A stretch of 64,000 nucleotides of DNA from Leucoraja erinacea (lineage: Eukaryota), in contig NC_073396.1 in NCBI RefSeq assembly GCF_028641065.1, positions 10,664,001 through 10,728,000 of the forward strand. The letters run 5' to 3'. The translations under genes and the position numbers were made by a program. The notes below the pieces were generated by a model, which was not told the DNA's origin, searched no databases, and saw nothing but the letters and a program-made list of their open reading frames with translations. Of the stretch, positions 35,805-49,987 are shown piece by piece (the stretch's first letter is position 1; each line of letters opens with the position of its first letter).

Positions 35805-38800
35805 GTAAGTAAAAGAGGTTCTTAGCTGATGGATAATAATGAATTATATTCATTTTGGATGATGTTCAAGTGACAAAAACAAATTGAAATCCAGAGCAAA
35901 GCTGTGTTTGTAGCTGTCTAAATTAATACTACTGATTGTTAATATGAGGTTCTAATTCTCACTGCCGTTTTGAAAATTAGACCATGAATACATCTGCCTA
36001 AGCAAGAACCATCTTGTGTGTAATTTTTGTGAGGTCCTTTTAAAATAGCTTCCTATCCTACCCAGTACTTGCCCATATAGACAGGTTGATCAGCTCCCAG
36101 GCAGTAAATCCATCAACCAAGGGACATATTTGGATGTTCTTATATGTTCTTCGGCAAATGGAAGATGGGGAATAATAGGCTGTGACTTGGGGTGGGGGAA
36201 ATTAGGGTCAACAGGAAGTCCTTATTCGGGGCCAGATTCGTTTTGAAATGGAACTATAGCAGAAGAAAATTGGGTAAGAAATTTAGGGACTTGAATAGCT
36301 CTGGGGTCCTCTGTGTTGTCATGGGAAAATGTGATCATGAGCAATGTGAGAAATAGTACATTCCTTCTTGAAAATTCAATAATTGCACTACTTTCTACCC
36401 TTCCTTAAGCTGCAGACATTTGTTATGGTATGATTCTAGAGATAGAGAATTTCTTTATTGTTGCAGAATAGCCAATATAACTGGAGTGAAGCATAATGGG
36501 GCCTTCTTCTTCACTTGAGGTTTACATTTGGCTCCAGTGAGATTTAATGGATAGCATTCAGGAATGGAACTTGTGGCTGATTTGGTCTTCCTGGTATAGG
36601 CAATTACCTATTTGACAAAAGTTTCTTGACGTTTAAACAGTTTCACAGAACTCTGAGGTGTACGGTCTCTACCCAAAACGTCACCCATTCCTTCTCTCCA
36701 GAGATGTTGCCTGTCATGCTGATTTACTCCAGCTTTTTGTGTCATTCTTCAAAAAACTGAATCTCTTTGTAAACACAGAATTTTGTATAAAGGGAGCTTT
36801 TGGGATAAAGCATTTAATTCTTAGCATTCTTTGTCAGTGCTAAGCTTTGTTGTGATGGTGTGGCCAATTGCCGTGTACAACTCCCTTTATTCCTCCACAG
36901 TGACATATGTCTAAAGCCATAATTTTAAAAGATCACTTCCTACTACACCAGCATGAAGTTCCATCCCACTCACTCTCTCTTTTCCACAGTCATTGCACTT
37001 CAGGTAAGAATTATTCTAGTCACTGTGCAACAGCATGGTTAGATTCCCCTCTTATTCTGGAGTGATCCTGTCATCTGCTTCATTTAATTATTCTATTGTG
37101 CACACTTATGAGAGCATTATTTCCGTTACATTTTGTTTTTTCATTTCTGTTCGATTTTAACACTTTTTTTCACCTACTTTCTACAGCAGTATTAATAATT
37201 TTCTTGAATTGTTGATATTAGTTTTTTAACTTCATCCCACCAAGAACTTTTGGCTTTGCATTTCCTTGTCTTAGGCTTATTTTCTATTTTGTCCCATGTT
37301 TTATTTGAACAATTCTGTCTTTGACTGGTTTCATGACTGCAGATGCTTGAAATAGTCAGCATGTTTAAGAAAGAACTGCAGATCCTGGAAAAATCGAAGG
37401 TAGACAAAAATGCTGGAGAATCTCAACGGGTGAGGCAGCATCTCCGAAGATAGAAATAGATTTAATATTTCAAGTTGATGATCCTTCATATGCTGGAAGT
37501 TCATCAATTTGATATCTAGACCTTTTTTCCTCAAGGATGCTTCCTGACCTGCGAGTAGCTCCAATATTTTCTCCCTTTTTAGTTACTAATTGTAAATGCC
37601 CTGGGACTCACTAAATGTCAGAGGAGGACTCTTTGCAATGATAACTTCATCCATCAAAAATTACTCTTCAATATCATTGTGAAAGTGGAATTCTTGGAGA
37701 TAAAGCCACTTTTTGTTTTGTGTGGGAAGGTACTGCAGATGCTGGTTTAAACCGAAGATGGACACAAAAAGTTGGAGTAACTCAGCGCGTCAGACAGCTT
37801 CTCTGGTGAAAAGGAGAAGGTGACTGTTCGGGTCGAGCCCCTTCTTCAGACTGAGCAGTCTAAAGAAGGGCCTCAACCTGAAATGTCACCTATTTATTTT
37901 TTCCAGCCTGTGGAGTTACTCTAGCTTTTTGTGTCTATCTCCACTATTTGTTCTGCAGTCTGAATCATAAAGGAGTAAAATACCCATGCCGTACCCATTT
38001 CATTAAGAAATGTCAGTGGTTTCAGAACAGAAATCTTGGGAACATCTATGAACACAATACTGCCATTTTCTGCTTCTGTTGAATTAGAAAGAAAAAAGCT
38101 ATTCTTGGCTTATTAGTTAATCCTTGTGAGATCAAATTAACTTCCAAAATTCTATAGGGTGGATATCAAAGCTGAAGTGTTAGGGCTGAGGTCATCCGAG
38201 TAACCCAAGACTCCAGCAACTGATGTATTAAAAAAATATATATATCAGCAAGGATGACAATTAAATTCCTTTAAGAATGTAATATTGGTTTTCCTGGAAT
38301 CACTGTTTGAGTCCTGGTCATGTTTGGGATGCTGTAACATGCAACTTGCAGTATTTCCTGTTTACTATTCATTATGGTTATGATCCTTTAATCTGGTTGT
38401 TTAATGGTTGCTTGTTGATGCCTAGAAGATTTTGTGGTTAACTAGCAAGGCCAGCATTTATTTTGCAATCCAGGTTGCCTTAAGCCATTGCAGTTCCTAC
38501 GAGGAAGGTAGCCTTGTAAGAACTCTTTAGAGATTAGAGGATTTTGGTCGCGCAGAATGGGTTGGGAGCATTGAAGGAATATCATCGTCTGAAGGACAGC
38601 AATGATTTATAATTGTGGCTTATCGTCAACATCTCAGAGACAATTATGTATAGGTAATTAAGTATAGGTGACAAGTACTTGACCCTTAAACAAGGACCTC
38701 ACATTCAAATCTTTTTGCAATGAGATAGGGACTATGAAATTTAACCGCTTGTATTTATTTTGTATGTAACATTTTAGATCGTGAAGAGTTTTATACGTTT

Positions 38801-38989
38801 TATTCTTTTCTCAACTGTTGGTACATGTACCTGATTGAACCATTCTGCTAGATTATATCAGTGTTGTTGATCTAACAGTCACGTAAAATAATTACTTTTG
38901 ATGTCCAATAATAGAGGGCAGAATATTATACGGAGGCATCATAATAAAATGGTGTTGATTTAGACTTTGTTCATTTTTATACCTTTCAG

Positions 38990-39097
38990 GAATATCCCAC
39001 TCTTACCACTTTTTTTGAAGGAGAAATTATCAGTAAAAAACATCCATTTTTAACAAGAAAATGGGATGCAGATGAAGATGTAGATCGAAAACATTGG
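38990..39097 (+). CDS. GID4: GID4 coding exon 3
   Basis: AG/GT, 108 bp, [36 protein letters not shown]. Confidence 0.97.
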
Positions 39098-40174
39098 GTA
39101 AGTTTTACTCCATTTTTCGATAATAGTTGTCAGGATATTCAAGTCAAGAGAAAGATGTAGAGCAATATCAGAGGGGAAAATAAAGTTTCAGTACAGAAAT
39201 TTCCCCACATGCTGCACAGTTTATCTCCACAGTGTCATCTTTTATGTCCTGATTATCAACCCAGAAGACAATCTGAGCTCCCATTCACACTGTGAGGATT
39301 TAAGAAAAGGTCTAGGAATAAGAAGGTCAAATCCTGGTTGTTTATTTGCTTGGGTAAGGTTGCTGAGCTAGGAAGTTTGGCAGTACTGAGGAACGCTTCT
39401 GGAAGTGCTCTATTCCTGGAAGTTCGGATTGTAAAGAACCAGTGTATGACAGATACACGCTGTGGAGATAAAAGTGCACAGCATGTGGAGAAACTGGAAC
39501 TTTGTGGTCCACAAGCAAAGCTATAAAAGCGTGTCCTCTCCCTGATACCCTCTTATCCCTTCTTCAGCTGTCGGGTTTCTCAAGGTTTGGTTAACACGAC
39601 GGGCCACTAAAAAATCTGCAAAGTTAGAGGCTGCTTGACTTATTGTGAAAATCAGGTTAATCATCAGTCCATTGACTGGCTTTCATCAACCCCACAGTTG
39701 GTGAATTAGGAATAGGTTTCAGATTATTACAAATCTAACATTTAACCCAAACTTGCACTGCATTTTATGAAATAATTAATCAATGTAGTCATTGCATTAG
39801 CTAAGGCTGTTTCTTGAAAAGAACTTGCCTCCTCCTGTATTGGATAGATTGGAGGTTTCATAAAGTCCAGGAATTAACCATATGGGCATAGTTCAGTAAT
39901 TAGATCTTCGGAAGTAAATTTTCAAATGATTATTTTTTAATGTGGTGGAATAGAGAACAGAACCCATTAAAATTATTTTGTAATAGTTTTTTTCATACTG
40001 AGTTTACATTAGGCCCTTTCATTCTCAATCCTAACCTTTTTGGATAGTTTCCGAATATCGTGCACTTTCACATCCATTTGTTTCCTGGGGTGCTATAGAT
40101 TAGAGTGCTATTGTTTCAGTAATTTAGTTTTTTCCTGTAGTTTTGCATTTTTGTGTTTTTTTTTTGTTTTCCAG

Positions 40175-40276
40175 GGGAAATTCTTGGCATTTTACCAATA
40201 TGCAAAAACTTTTAACTCTGATGAGTTTGACTATGAAGAGCTAAAGATCAGTGATTTTGTCTTCATGAGGTGGAAG
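40175..40276 (+). CDS. GID4: GID4 coding exon 4
   Basis: AG/GT, 102 bp, [34 protein letters not shown]. Confidence 0.97.
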
Positions 40277-43200
40277 GTAATGAGGATAATATAATTATGT
40301 GTGTTGAAGCCTGCTTTATCTTTACAGTTCAGTGACCAAGATTTATCACTGTAATTTTGCTTTGTTTGTTGAATGTGACAACAATAATTGATTGGTAGTA
40401 ACATAATTGAGAAACATTTCCACTTCTCTGCTACAGGCAGTCTCTGGGCTATGACAGTGTTCCATTCCTGAGTGCTGCTCATGTCAGAAATAAACAAAAA
40501 TAGTGTATGGGACCGGATCACAGAAATGGCTGTGAGGGGAGAGCAAACAAGCACGGGAAGAATGACTTCCAGCCAGGCTTGCTACTCTGAGCGAGTGAGT
40601 CTGCTTGCCTCAATACCCCCGCCTCCCAGTGTCATGGATCATTGACAAGATGGGGTGATGGTGGTGAGGCGAGAAAGCACTGGGAAATGCCCTGTTTCTG
40701 AAGATGCCTGCAGCAGCCAGCAAATCCTTACTGCTGGTCTCTTAAACGTTCATTCACATGTACGGGGTGTCCGTAGGTTGGACGTCCATGCCCAGGGATG
40801 GATCTATACTGTGAACTCAGTAGGTCCAATTAAGATATATAAAAAGGATAATTTGTCGAAATTATGCCAGTCAATTGTAAAAAGCTCTGAGGTATTCTAT
40901 ATGTTGCTATTTTCCTGAAAATGTGACTTTCAAATAGATTTGTTCTTCCCTTTTTAATAGGGAGGGGTTGACCCAGCAGAATATTAATCTGAAGAGCACT
41001 TGCATAGATGTTTACAGTGAGGAATAAATATTTTCAAGATATTTATGTTTGATCCAATTTCTTGATGCACAATAGATGAAGTTGCTGTGCTTATACAATT
41101 TTGTGGAGTAAATGGGGAAATTTTAGTGGGGAGAAAAGCCAGAGGTTGTGTTTATTCCAGGAAAAACCATTCTGCCGTGTATCTCCTCCAATAAGCTAGT
41201 TCGGTATCTCGATAAACGCAAAGAATCATGGGATTTGTCGAAGGTCATTCGGGGGGGAAAAAGGCAAATGCTGCGCTGTATAAACTGTGTATAAATTGTT
41301 AATTATTCTACCAAGGAATTAATTTAGAATTCTGTCAACTCAATAGCTTCCTTTCTTGTTCTGCTGCTCACACACTACTTACAGTCCTAACTCGAGTTCA
41401 GTTAATTAATCTGCAATTATGAGATATTCAAAAAGTTAAAGAATTGATTATTTTCATTTAATCCTTAATGTGTTTGCTACTGGAATAAGAAAATATTACT
41501 TGCTTGAAACATTTTCATATATTTTTACACACAAATTATGAATGAAGATATTTAATCTGAGGCAGGCAGCGACTATGTCAGTGTGATGTGGGCTGATGCT
41601 ATACCTATAGGTGGTGTGAATGTACCATTAAGGCAAAGATTAATCTCCAAGGAAAACTGAGTGCAGGGTTGGCCCTGTGAAGGAGCCGATACAAGACATT
41701 TGGCTGCGAAATGCCTGCTGTTTAGTATTGGGTAGATTGAGTGGAGGGTCTGTGCTGTTCCAAGTTAGCGGTGGTTGCGGAGCGTTTCCCCCAGCCATCA
41801 CGCACGTTGACCACCACTGTTCACCAGTCATCACCACTGTTCACCAGTCATTGTTATCAGAGGCTCTTTGTGCAGGGGTTCCCCGAAGATTTTGTGGAGG
41901 TTCTGCGTTCGGATCGGGCACGCAGCGAGCTAGTGAGAGGGCTGTCAGATCAGATCAGGTTGCCGAGTGACCGAAGGGCGGATTTTAATGGGTCGTTATT
42001 AAATTGTCCCGTCTGTGCGGCATCGCCAGCTCTCCAATATCACCCACCCCAGCTGTCGACAAAGTCTGACTGAGAAAATGCTCCCACTATGGGTTGGCCC
42101 CACGTTTGAACACTTGCAGGGGCGGCAGCGCCTCCTTCAAAGAGAGCGAGAACAGGTCTCGTCAGCTGGGGAGCTGCGACCCACTCCTGAGTGAAGCCTC
42201 TAGTTTGGCTGCGGTTCAAAAGGCTGCAAATTCTCATAATTATCACTGCCCGGTCATTCGGACCTTGCTCCCAACTGTGGCCTAACAGACTGGAACCAAC
42301 TCCAGAGGTTAAAGCGACAGCATCTTTATTTAAGCCAACACACCTCGAAAGTTTAACCAGCTTGTTCGAATCTAATCTGAACTTTCCAGCACATTCTTCT
42401 CGTTTCCTTCAATCCAGGAAGGTTGTTTAGATAGGAATGCAAGGACTGTCTCAAATTGGTTGACCAGACAACTTGTAATTTGTGTAAATCAATATTGAAT
42501 TTGAATGGCTGTGACTAAGGCTAATGCCAGGGATTTGATAATTGACAGGTTCATTCCAGGCATTCTAGCATTTTCGAGACTGGTGCTGTATTGAGTCAAT
42601 AATTTAAATAGATACATTTGTGTATTTGTGCAGCTTGCAGTACTCTGTCGCCTACTGCTGACATTTTTGATGGATACATTTATTTATAAATTTAATTGAA
42701 ATGAATACGCAGGTCCTTACACATACAGTAGCTCAGCTGGCGAGAGTGTTTATCCTGAATGACCCATGACCTGGGCATGCGGAGTTGTAATACCGAACTC
42801 GCTTATTTGAAGGGGAATCTACATAGTTCTTGGCCAAGTATCTACGATTGCTACTTTGAGATGCTGCCTTGCACTTTGTTGCAGGGGAGTCAGCAACCAT
42901 ATTGCATTAAATTGGTGATGGCAGGGAATCACTGGGCCAAAGGGTGGCCTTTTATTTCCAAGCAATACTATTCCTGGTTGTTTTTCTTTGTCTTCACTAT
43001 CATTTAACATTATTTTTAACTGTCCAGCAGCCCAACAGAATACCCCATCTAAGGTTGGGATCCTTTAGCCTGAGGATAAAGTCAGATTGTCCCACCTTGT
43101 CTATGTATTCATGCTAAAGCATATGAAAATAATTCTGTTTTTGGAAAAGCAGTAGCTCCTGGTCAGTAACATGCTCATTAATGTATCACAGTGCATCTTG

Positions 43201-45324
43201 TGTTTATATTCCTTTATTCCATCCTCTCCATTTTATATTCCTCTCCATTGCCAAGAAACGATAACATTTATTTAATAGCAAGTGGAAATTATCAATATTA
43301 AACTGTTTTGAAATCTGTGCTCGCATGTTTCTTGACCAAGAACTCTTCAGTGTTCTCTCAGACCTCGTATCAAAAGTCAATTCCTGGATTACATGAGATT
43401 GTGGTTTCAGTTGAGTGTCAGAACTTAATTCTGTACATTCTGAGTTGTCAGGATTTCCCAATGCAAATCTAAATATATTCCCATTTCATCTTGACTTTTT
43501 CCAGTTTTATCTATGTATATTTAATTGCAGAAGACAGAGGTAAACCCTGGGAAAATTGATTTAGGTTAATGTACCCTTCGAATCTTTTGCTGCAGACTAT
43601 TGTTGCTTCAATATATTCTAATGGTCATGCTTACCCTTAAAGGGCTTGTGTTTTATGGCCTTCATGCTGAAGCTGACAGGTCAGTTTGAATTGGATCCAT
43701 TCCTTTTTCATTTCATTTTGATCTCTAGCAAAACAAAGGAAAAGGAATAAGTGAAAGGGACCAGAAAAATATCAGAATCAGATTTTATTCACCAAGTATG
43801 TTTTGCAACATACGAGGAATTACTAAAGTATTTGCCCAACTTTACTGTTTTTGCTATTTTGTTCTCTGCTGTGGCCAAGTTCCTGCATTAATTGTCAATA
43901 ATATGTCACATCCTAATGTAATCTTGAGAATGCCCCTTGAGGAAGTTATTCACTTAGATAAAAGGGCTTCAGTGCCAAATTACACTGTCACAAACTGATG
44001 GAGTTGCTGTACAAATTTGGGGGGGGGGGGGGTTAAAGTTGTAACTTTACTGATAAATAACTTTGATATTTCATTTTAAAGTGTATACACAATAAGAGAC
44101 CCAGTTTAAATATTACCATTTTTAAAAGCTTGAGGTAACATTTCTATTAATTTCCATATGAAAATATTTAAAACTTTGTGATATTTGTCTTCAATTGGGA
44201 GCAGTATTTCAGTTATAATTTTAGACAGGAGATGTTTAACGAATCTAAATAAATCAGTAGTATATGAATTTTAGAGGCTGGCCTCCAGATTCTGCAGTTC
44301 CTTCGTACACGTCCTTGTTCTGTTGTTTGAACTGGGGAACGTTGCTACTCAATGAGCATAATGAAGAGCTGTCTTGTGCAGCCCTATGTACGGTGCAGGA
44401 AAGGATGATTTTTTTCCCCCCAGTACTTTTTAGATTGCTCATTGAAATGTCAAACTTTCTACTAAACCCAGAAGCCAAACCCAGATTATTTCTGTAAAGA
44501 AGCAAGAATTGTGATGATTGTGCTAATCAAAAACGGAATTGTTTTATATTGAAAATACTCTTGCTGTTTCCAATACCTTGGGAACAATTGTTCTGTGCTG
44601 TGATGTTAGATTCCTGTTCTACAATGATGAGAAACTGATCAAATGCTTTGCTGTCAGACTGATATTTCTTTTCTGGGTTTTGTATTAAGTTGTAGTGTAA
44701 TATGAATTAAAAACCTGCATTATAAAACATTGAGAGATTTTCAGTGAATCTTCCCATATGGAAAACTTTCAGAATAACCATTATCATTGGTTGATTTGTG
44801 ATATTTAGGCTTTATATTGTACTTTAACTAACGATTGCTTGGTTATATACTTGGCAGATGTTATAACCTATTCACATATAACGGTATAATATTCAATATA
44901 AATCAAGATTTGGAGGAACGGGGATTTCCGTTTTCCAAACGGGAATCCCTGCATTTTTAAATTCAAGCTTCATGGGATTCATCTTTTCTTTTACACTCTG
45001 AATTACTCGAAGTCTATTTGGTTGATGTTTTGTCAAGTCGCAGCAGATCAACAAGAAACTAATAATTTGTAGCAATCTCTCAAATATTTCATTTTGTAAA
45101 GTAACTGCAAGGCTATCCGTATTCAAAGAACTGTAGTGGAAATGAAATCCTTTTGCATAATGACCTTGCAATATAAATGAAAACAGCTTGTTTTGAAACG
45201 TGCTTGGGGAGAGGTCTAAGCCTCAAAGCAATCAAATTTCTATCTGTTAAGACTTCTGTCGGACAGAAGTTTATCCAGGATCACATCAAAAATAAAATAT
45301 ATAATTTCTAAACGCTGGCAAAGT

Positions 45325-45620
45325 AAGAAATATTTGCATCCAAATAACACTTTTTGCATCCACTGCATATCCCAAAGCACTTATCAGCATGTGTAGTTAA
45401 ATATGGCAGGCAACTTGCACACAGTGAGGTGCTTGCAATAAGAGAGAAATTAATGTATGATTTAGTGATGGTGGATTTTGACTCTAACACCAAAGGAGAG
45501 GTGGTAGACCTTCAAGTGGCTCGAAATGTTTCATCTGAAAGATGGTGCCTCACAGTATAATATTAAGCCTTTAATATTCTGCTGCAGCAGAAGTTTAGAT
45601 TTTGTGCTTCAGTCCAGATA
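45325..45620 (-). mobile_element. Ancient Deu-domain-type SINE remnant
   Basis: tcccaaagcactt...aatatggcaggcaacttgcaca...aatgtttcatctgaaagatggtgcctc...tagattttgtgcttcagtcc resembles Deu/SacSINE sequence as recalled. Similar pieces at ~47800-47930 and ~48160-48200. Confidence 0.45.
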
Positions 45621-48600
45621 AAAGGGAGTATTGGAATCCTTGGACAGTTCTTGGTGGTTATTTTGTAAATTAAAGGGCATAGACTTGGGGGCCAATCTTT
45701 AACATGTTACATGTGAACGGAAACGGGATATTGTGGGGGGGGGGAATTAAGATACTCATCAGTTCCATATCTTTTCCATTTGCGTTTGATGGCACACCCC
45801 GAGATCAACTTTTTAAAATAGATTTTGCAAGAAAAAGCATACCTTAACTATCACAGTAACTTTTTGATGACCATTTTAATGGTTCATGAAAACCTTTGAA
45901 CATTAAGTTTAGCAAGGAATCATCTGTCAAAGAGGTCAAAGTTTGCTTTTAGTCACTGTGCTGAGGTTGTTTGCTTTCAGGGTGTGATGCTATATTAAGA
46001 TGAGACCAAACTTTTAAATTTACATTAAATTTTATATGAATCCCACCATTTCCATTTGGGCCACAATTAGTATTTGGACTATGGGGAGGAAGGAGGAGGG
46101 GAGTGGAAAGAGAGTGGAACAAGCTGGCATCCAGAGGCAAGGCATTTCTCAATTGGGAAGGAGGCATAGTCCTCCAAAACCATTCTTCTGGGACACACCT
46201 ATCCCACTATTGCCACATGCACCAAGGGAAAAAAACGTTGATGCAGAAACACATTGATTTTCTTTTTTCATCGCAACATAAACAGATAATTTTCTACAAA
46301 TTGCCTAAAACTGACAAGGATTTCCAGGATACTGAACTCATTAATGTTTTGACTTCATCCTACTGCAACTGCTCCATAAAGGTCCTCCAACTCAAATAAA
46401 TCTCAACACCTCTTTTTAGTCCCGCCTACATCTGCTCCACGACGTGGATGCCATGCCTGCCTGCCTCTACCAACTGATGCACAGCAGCTTCCCTCCATGA
46501 TTGCGATCCCGAAACACAGGACCTCAAAGTATCCTCCGTGCGCGAGGGCTGCCAGCACAGTAAGTGTATAAATTAAAAGTCTGTACTTGTTGCCTTATAA
46601 ACACAAGTCACACGAAGAGGAGAAATTATTTTATTTATAGTAGTTTCTGCAATATGTCCAAATAAAAGTATAACATTTATACCAGGACAGTGGACACATG
46701 AAACAAACTCCTGAAGAAAGAAATTCAGGATGGCTTTTGAAGAATGATATTTATTGAGAAGGAGATGGAGATTTAAGACTAAGAGAAATACTTTTTTTTT
46801 TTTTTTAGAAACTAAAAACTTTAGAAAATATACGTGTACCACTCTAGGTTGACTGATTAACGGGTGGTAGTGGAAATCGATCATGGAACTAGTATGATAA
46901 AGTGAATAAGATATATAGTGAATAATTCAGATTTTGTCCATGCTAAAGCCAGTCTTTTTGATAGCTTAATGTAGATTCCCCCCACTTTAGATCGGTTTCC
47001 TGACAGAACGGTCATACTCATTAGGTGGGGTCGTCTTCATATTGGATCTCCTGTGTAATATTTTCACAGTTCAAATAGTTACAAAATAAACAGACCATTT
47101 TGTAATGCAGGTGACTTCTATCTGACATTTCAATTCACTTACAGCTGGGAAGACTATTTTGTTCCTCATAAGTTAGCTAGGCATGATAATGAAAAGAATA
47201 TTATTTGAAAATGACCATGCTTGCCACCTTAACTGATCATAAAAATGCGTAACTAGTTTGAAATGTGGTCCTGTTGTGAAAACTATTCTAGGTTATCTTG
47301 GCAAGTTATCAGTGTGGTTTCAAATAAAGGGGCCTGAAATGTGACGCTTCTTTAAGGCTCTCAAAAATACATTAATTTCACTCCTCCCAATGAATTTAAA
47401 GTTACACCTTTAACATAGGGATTCTCTACTAATATGAATTCAACAATGTAAAAAGCATTGGAAAATGAATTTAATGCAAAGATTAATTTTAATATTTGAA
47501 TTGGGCAACGTGTGCTTGCACAGATAACCTCTTAGTGCTTCATAGATCTGAGCAGAAACATGAGGAAAATTAACTAACAGGATTGTCAAAAAAATAGAAT
47601 TTGCAAAAGCTTGTAAAAGTGAAAAAGATGCAAAATTGGTGGGAAGAGCTTCAGAAGATGACGGGGCAGCTCTGCCACCAATGTGGGGTTGGGGTGGAAG
47701 AGGTGTGGCTATAGTTTGCAAAAATAACAAATAAAAGCTATAAACTAAATTTTGTGTAAAGTGTGCAGCTGCAGGATAAACCAAGATTTGTATAAGCTAG
47801 AATTTGTACCGTGCTTTTCACAATCTCAAGGTTATTCTGAAAATAGAAGTGTCTTTTGAAATATAGTTGCTGTTGCAACATTGGGAAATATGGATATCTA
47901 TTTGTGCAGAGCAAGTCCTACAGAACGCTATGTGAAAGGATGCTGATTGAAGGAAAACTGTTCCTCCGCATACTCCACAATGTATTCCAACTAATTAGTC
48001 TACACCAATCTATAAGCACTTGTGCTGTTTCTGGAATGAGCGTGAGCTCACAGCCACTTTGCTTTGCAGCACAATCGCTATAGTAGATTCAAAGTTAACA
48101 ACTTATAAAGGATCTGCAACATGAAATGTTTACATAAAAGATGGGATTTGAAAAGTATTCTTTGTGCAAAGTGCTTTGGGATATCCTGAAGATGTGTTGG
48201 GGTGCAAACAATTGAACACATTGAACGCTTCTGGAATTTTAGCACGCCCTCCACTTTTTTTCCACCTTTATAAAAAAATTGTTAAATTGCGAACATTTTA
48301 AGAAAGTTGGTTATTTCTTCTTCATGCCTGCAGTCACGGGCTAATATATAATTGCGGGAATTAAACCATGATGCAAAGTGTGCTGCTATACATCCATTTA
48401 TTATTCAGAGTTTATTTTAGTTATGTAGGATGTAATTGTGTGCTTATACACTCATATCCAAGCATTTTGTCCTCTTGTATCTGAACAGTTTCTAATGAAT
48501 TTATCAAAATATCTAGTTTCTTATGGGCCTTTTATCTTTTTCTTTAATTTCAAATGGGAAATGTTATGTAATGTCGTAACAGTTGGAAATCACGTTGATT

Positions 48601-48892
48601 TGTGTGTGGATATTCTGTGTTAGTTACTTTTCCTCATGGCATACCTAATTACACCATACAATCTATGCAAGTGGCTCCTCAATATTTAGTTTTGCATCGT
48701 ATACAAAATATACTGTGCCTCTTTTATAAACAAGCCTTTTTAGTTGATTCGACTTTTTGATTCATTTAAGTTGACTGGAATTATAATATTTCCTAATAGG
48801 TTTCATGTATTTGGGAATAAATTAGAAAATGTTTTGAAAGGTTACTCTATAAATGTATTGTACCGAGGTTTTTCTTTCTTTTCCATCAACAG

Positions 48893-49023
48893 GAACAATT
48901 TCTAGTCCCTGATCACACAATCAAAGATATCAGCGGTGCTTCCTTCGCAGGCTTTTATTACATTTGCTTCCAAAAATCCACGGCTTCAATAGAGGGCTAT
49001 TACTACCACAGGAGTTCAGAATG
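48893..49023 (+). CDS. GID4: GID4 coding exon 5
   Basis: AG/GT, 131 bp, [43 protein letters not shown](W). Confidence 0.97.
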
Positions 49024-49987
49024 GTGAGAGAAACCTGTAAACATTGTGATATAAATGATTTTAATATTTTCCGCACAGATTGCAGAAATTATTGGTTTAT
49101 GTTATGCATTAATGTATAATGCGTATCAATTAGATGTCAACCAAGCCTTTCGGCTCTTTAGGCCAGCATCATTACTTATTTTCCCTCGTGTATGATCTTA
49201 TCCAATTTTATTTACTCATCCTTTTTTCTATATCCTTTGTGGAGAAAATTAAACTTGTATTAAAATGACTTTATGGATTTCACTCTGGATTGTAAAAATA
49301 TTTAAAAAATAATGTAAAGTATTTTTAAAAAGATTTTCCTCAGTTATTCTGTCAAGATCCTTTTTCATTTAAAACATTTCAAGTAGATTACCCTTCTAAT
49401 ACTAACAGTATATTTATTTCAAATATATCCCAGTCTCTTCAAATACTTTATGTACTTGTATACTAGTACTTAAAGAATTCTTACCTAGCTTCTTAAATCG
49501 GTTTGGTCCTCAGCAGCGCATATTAGTATCAAAGTAAAACCTGGTTTCTCTTTTTGAATCCAGAACGGATGACTGTTACTTTTGAATTCCATCTGTCATA
49601 GAATTGTACAGAAGGAGATTATTCAGCCCATCATGTTTGTATTGAGAAGGTATTCATCCACCATCCTCTCAGGATTATACTGGTGGTAAATGCAGAGTGT
49701 AACACTTGCATAATGAATGCTCTGTTGTTGCCTCCTAGGTTATTCGAACAGCACCGATGACTACCACGGTCAAGGATATCAGATAATTTATTAAACATTG
49801 TGTCTAAATCTAGGAACATCACAGCACTAACTTTTGTGGGAGGGCCTTCACCAGAAGAACTGAGCAGTTCAAAATGCACCCCACTGCCATTTTCTCAATA
49901 AATGTAGGAGATGCATTCACATGCCAAAAATTAATACAAACAGCAGCTTTTGGGAAGGGTGACTCAATTAACCTTGGCTAATCCACC

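Noticed and set aside
42725-42800. Possible tRNA gene
   Set aside because: Only an A-box-like gtagctcagctgg is present, with no intact B box or cloverleaf; more likely a decayed SINE head.
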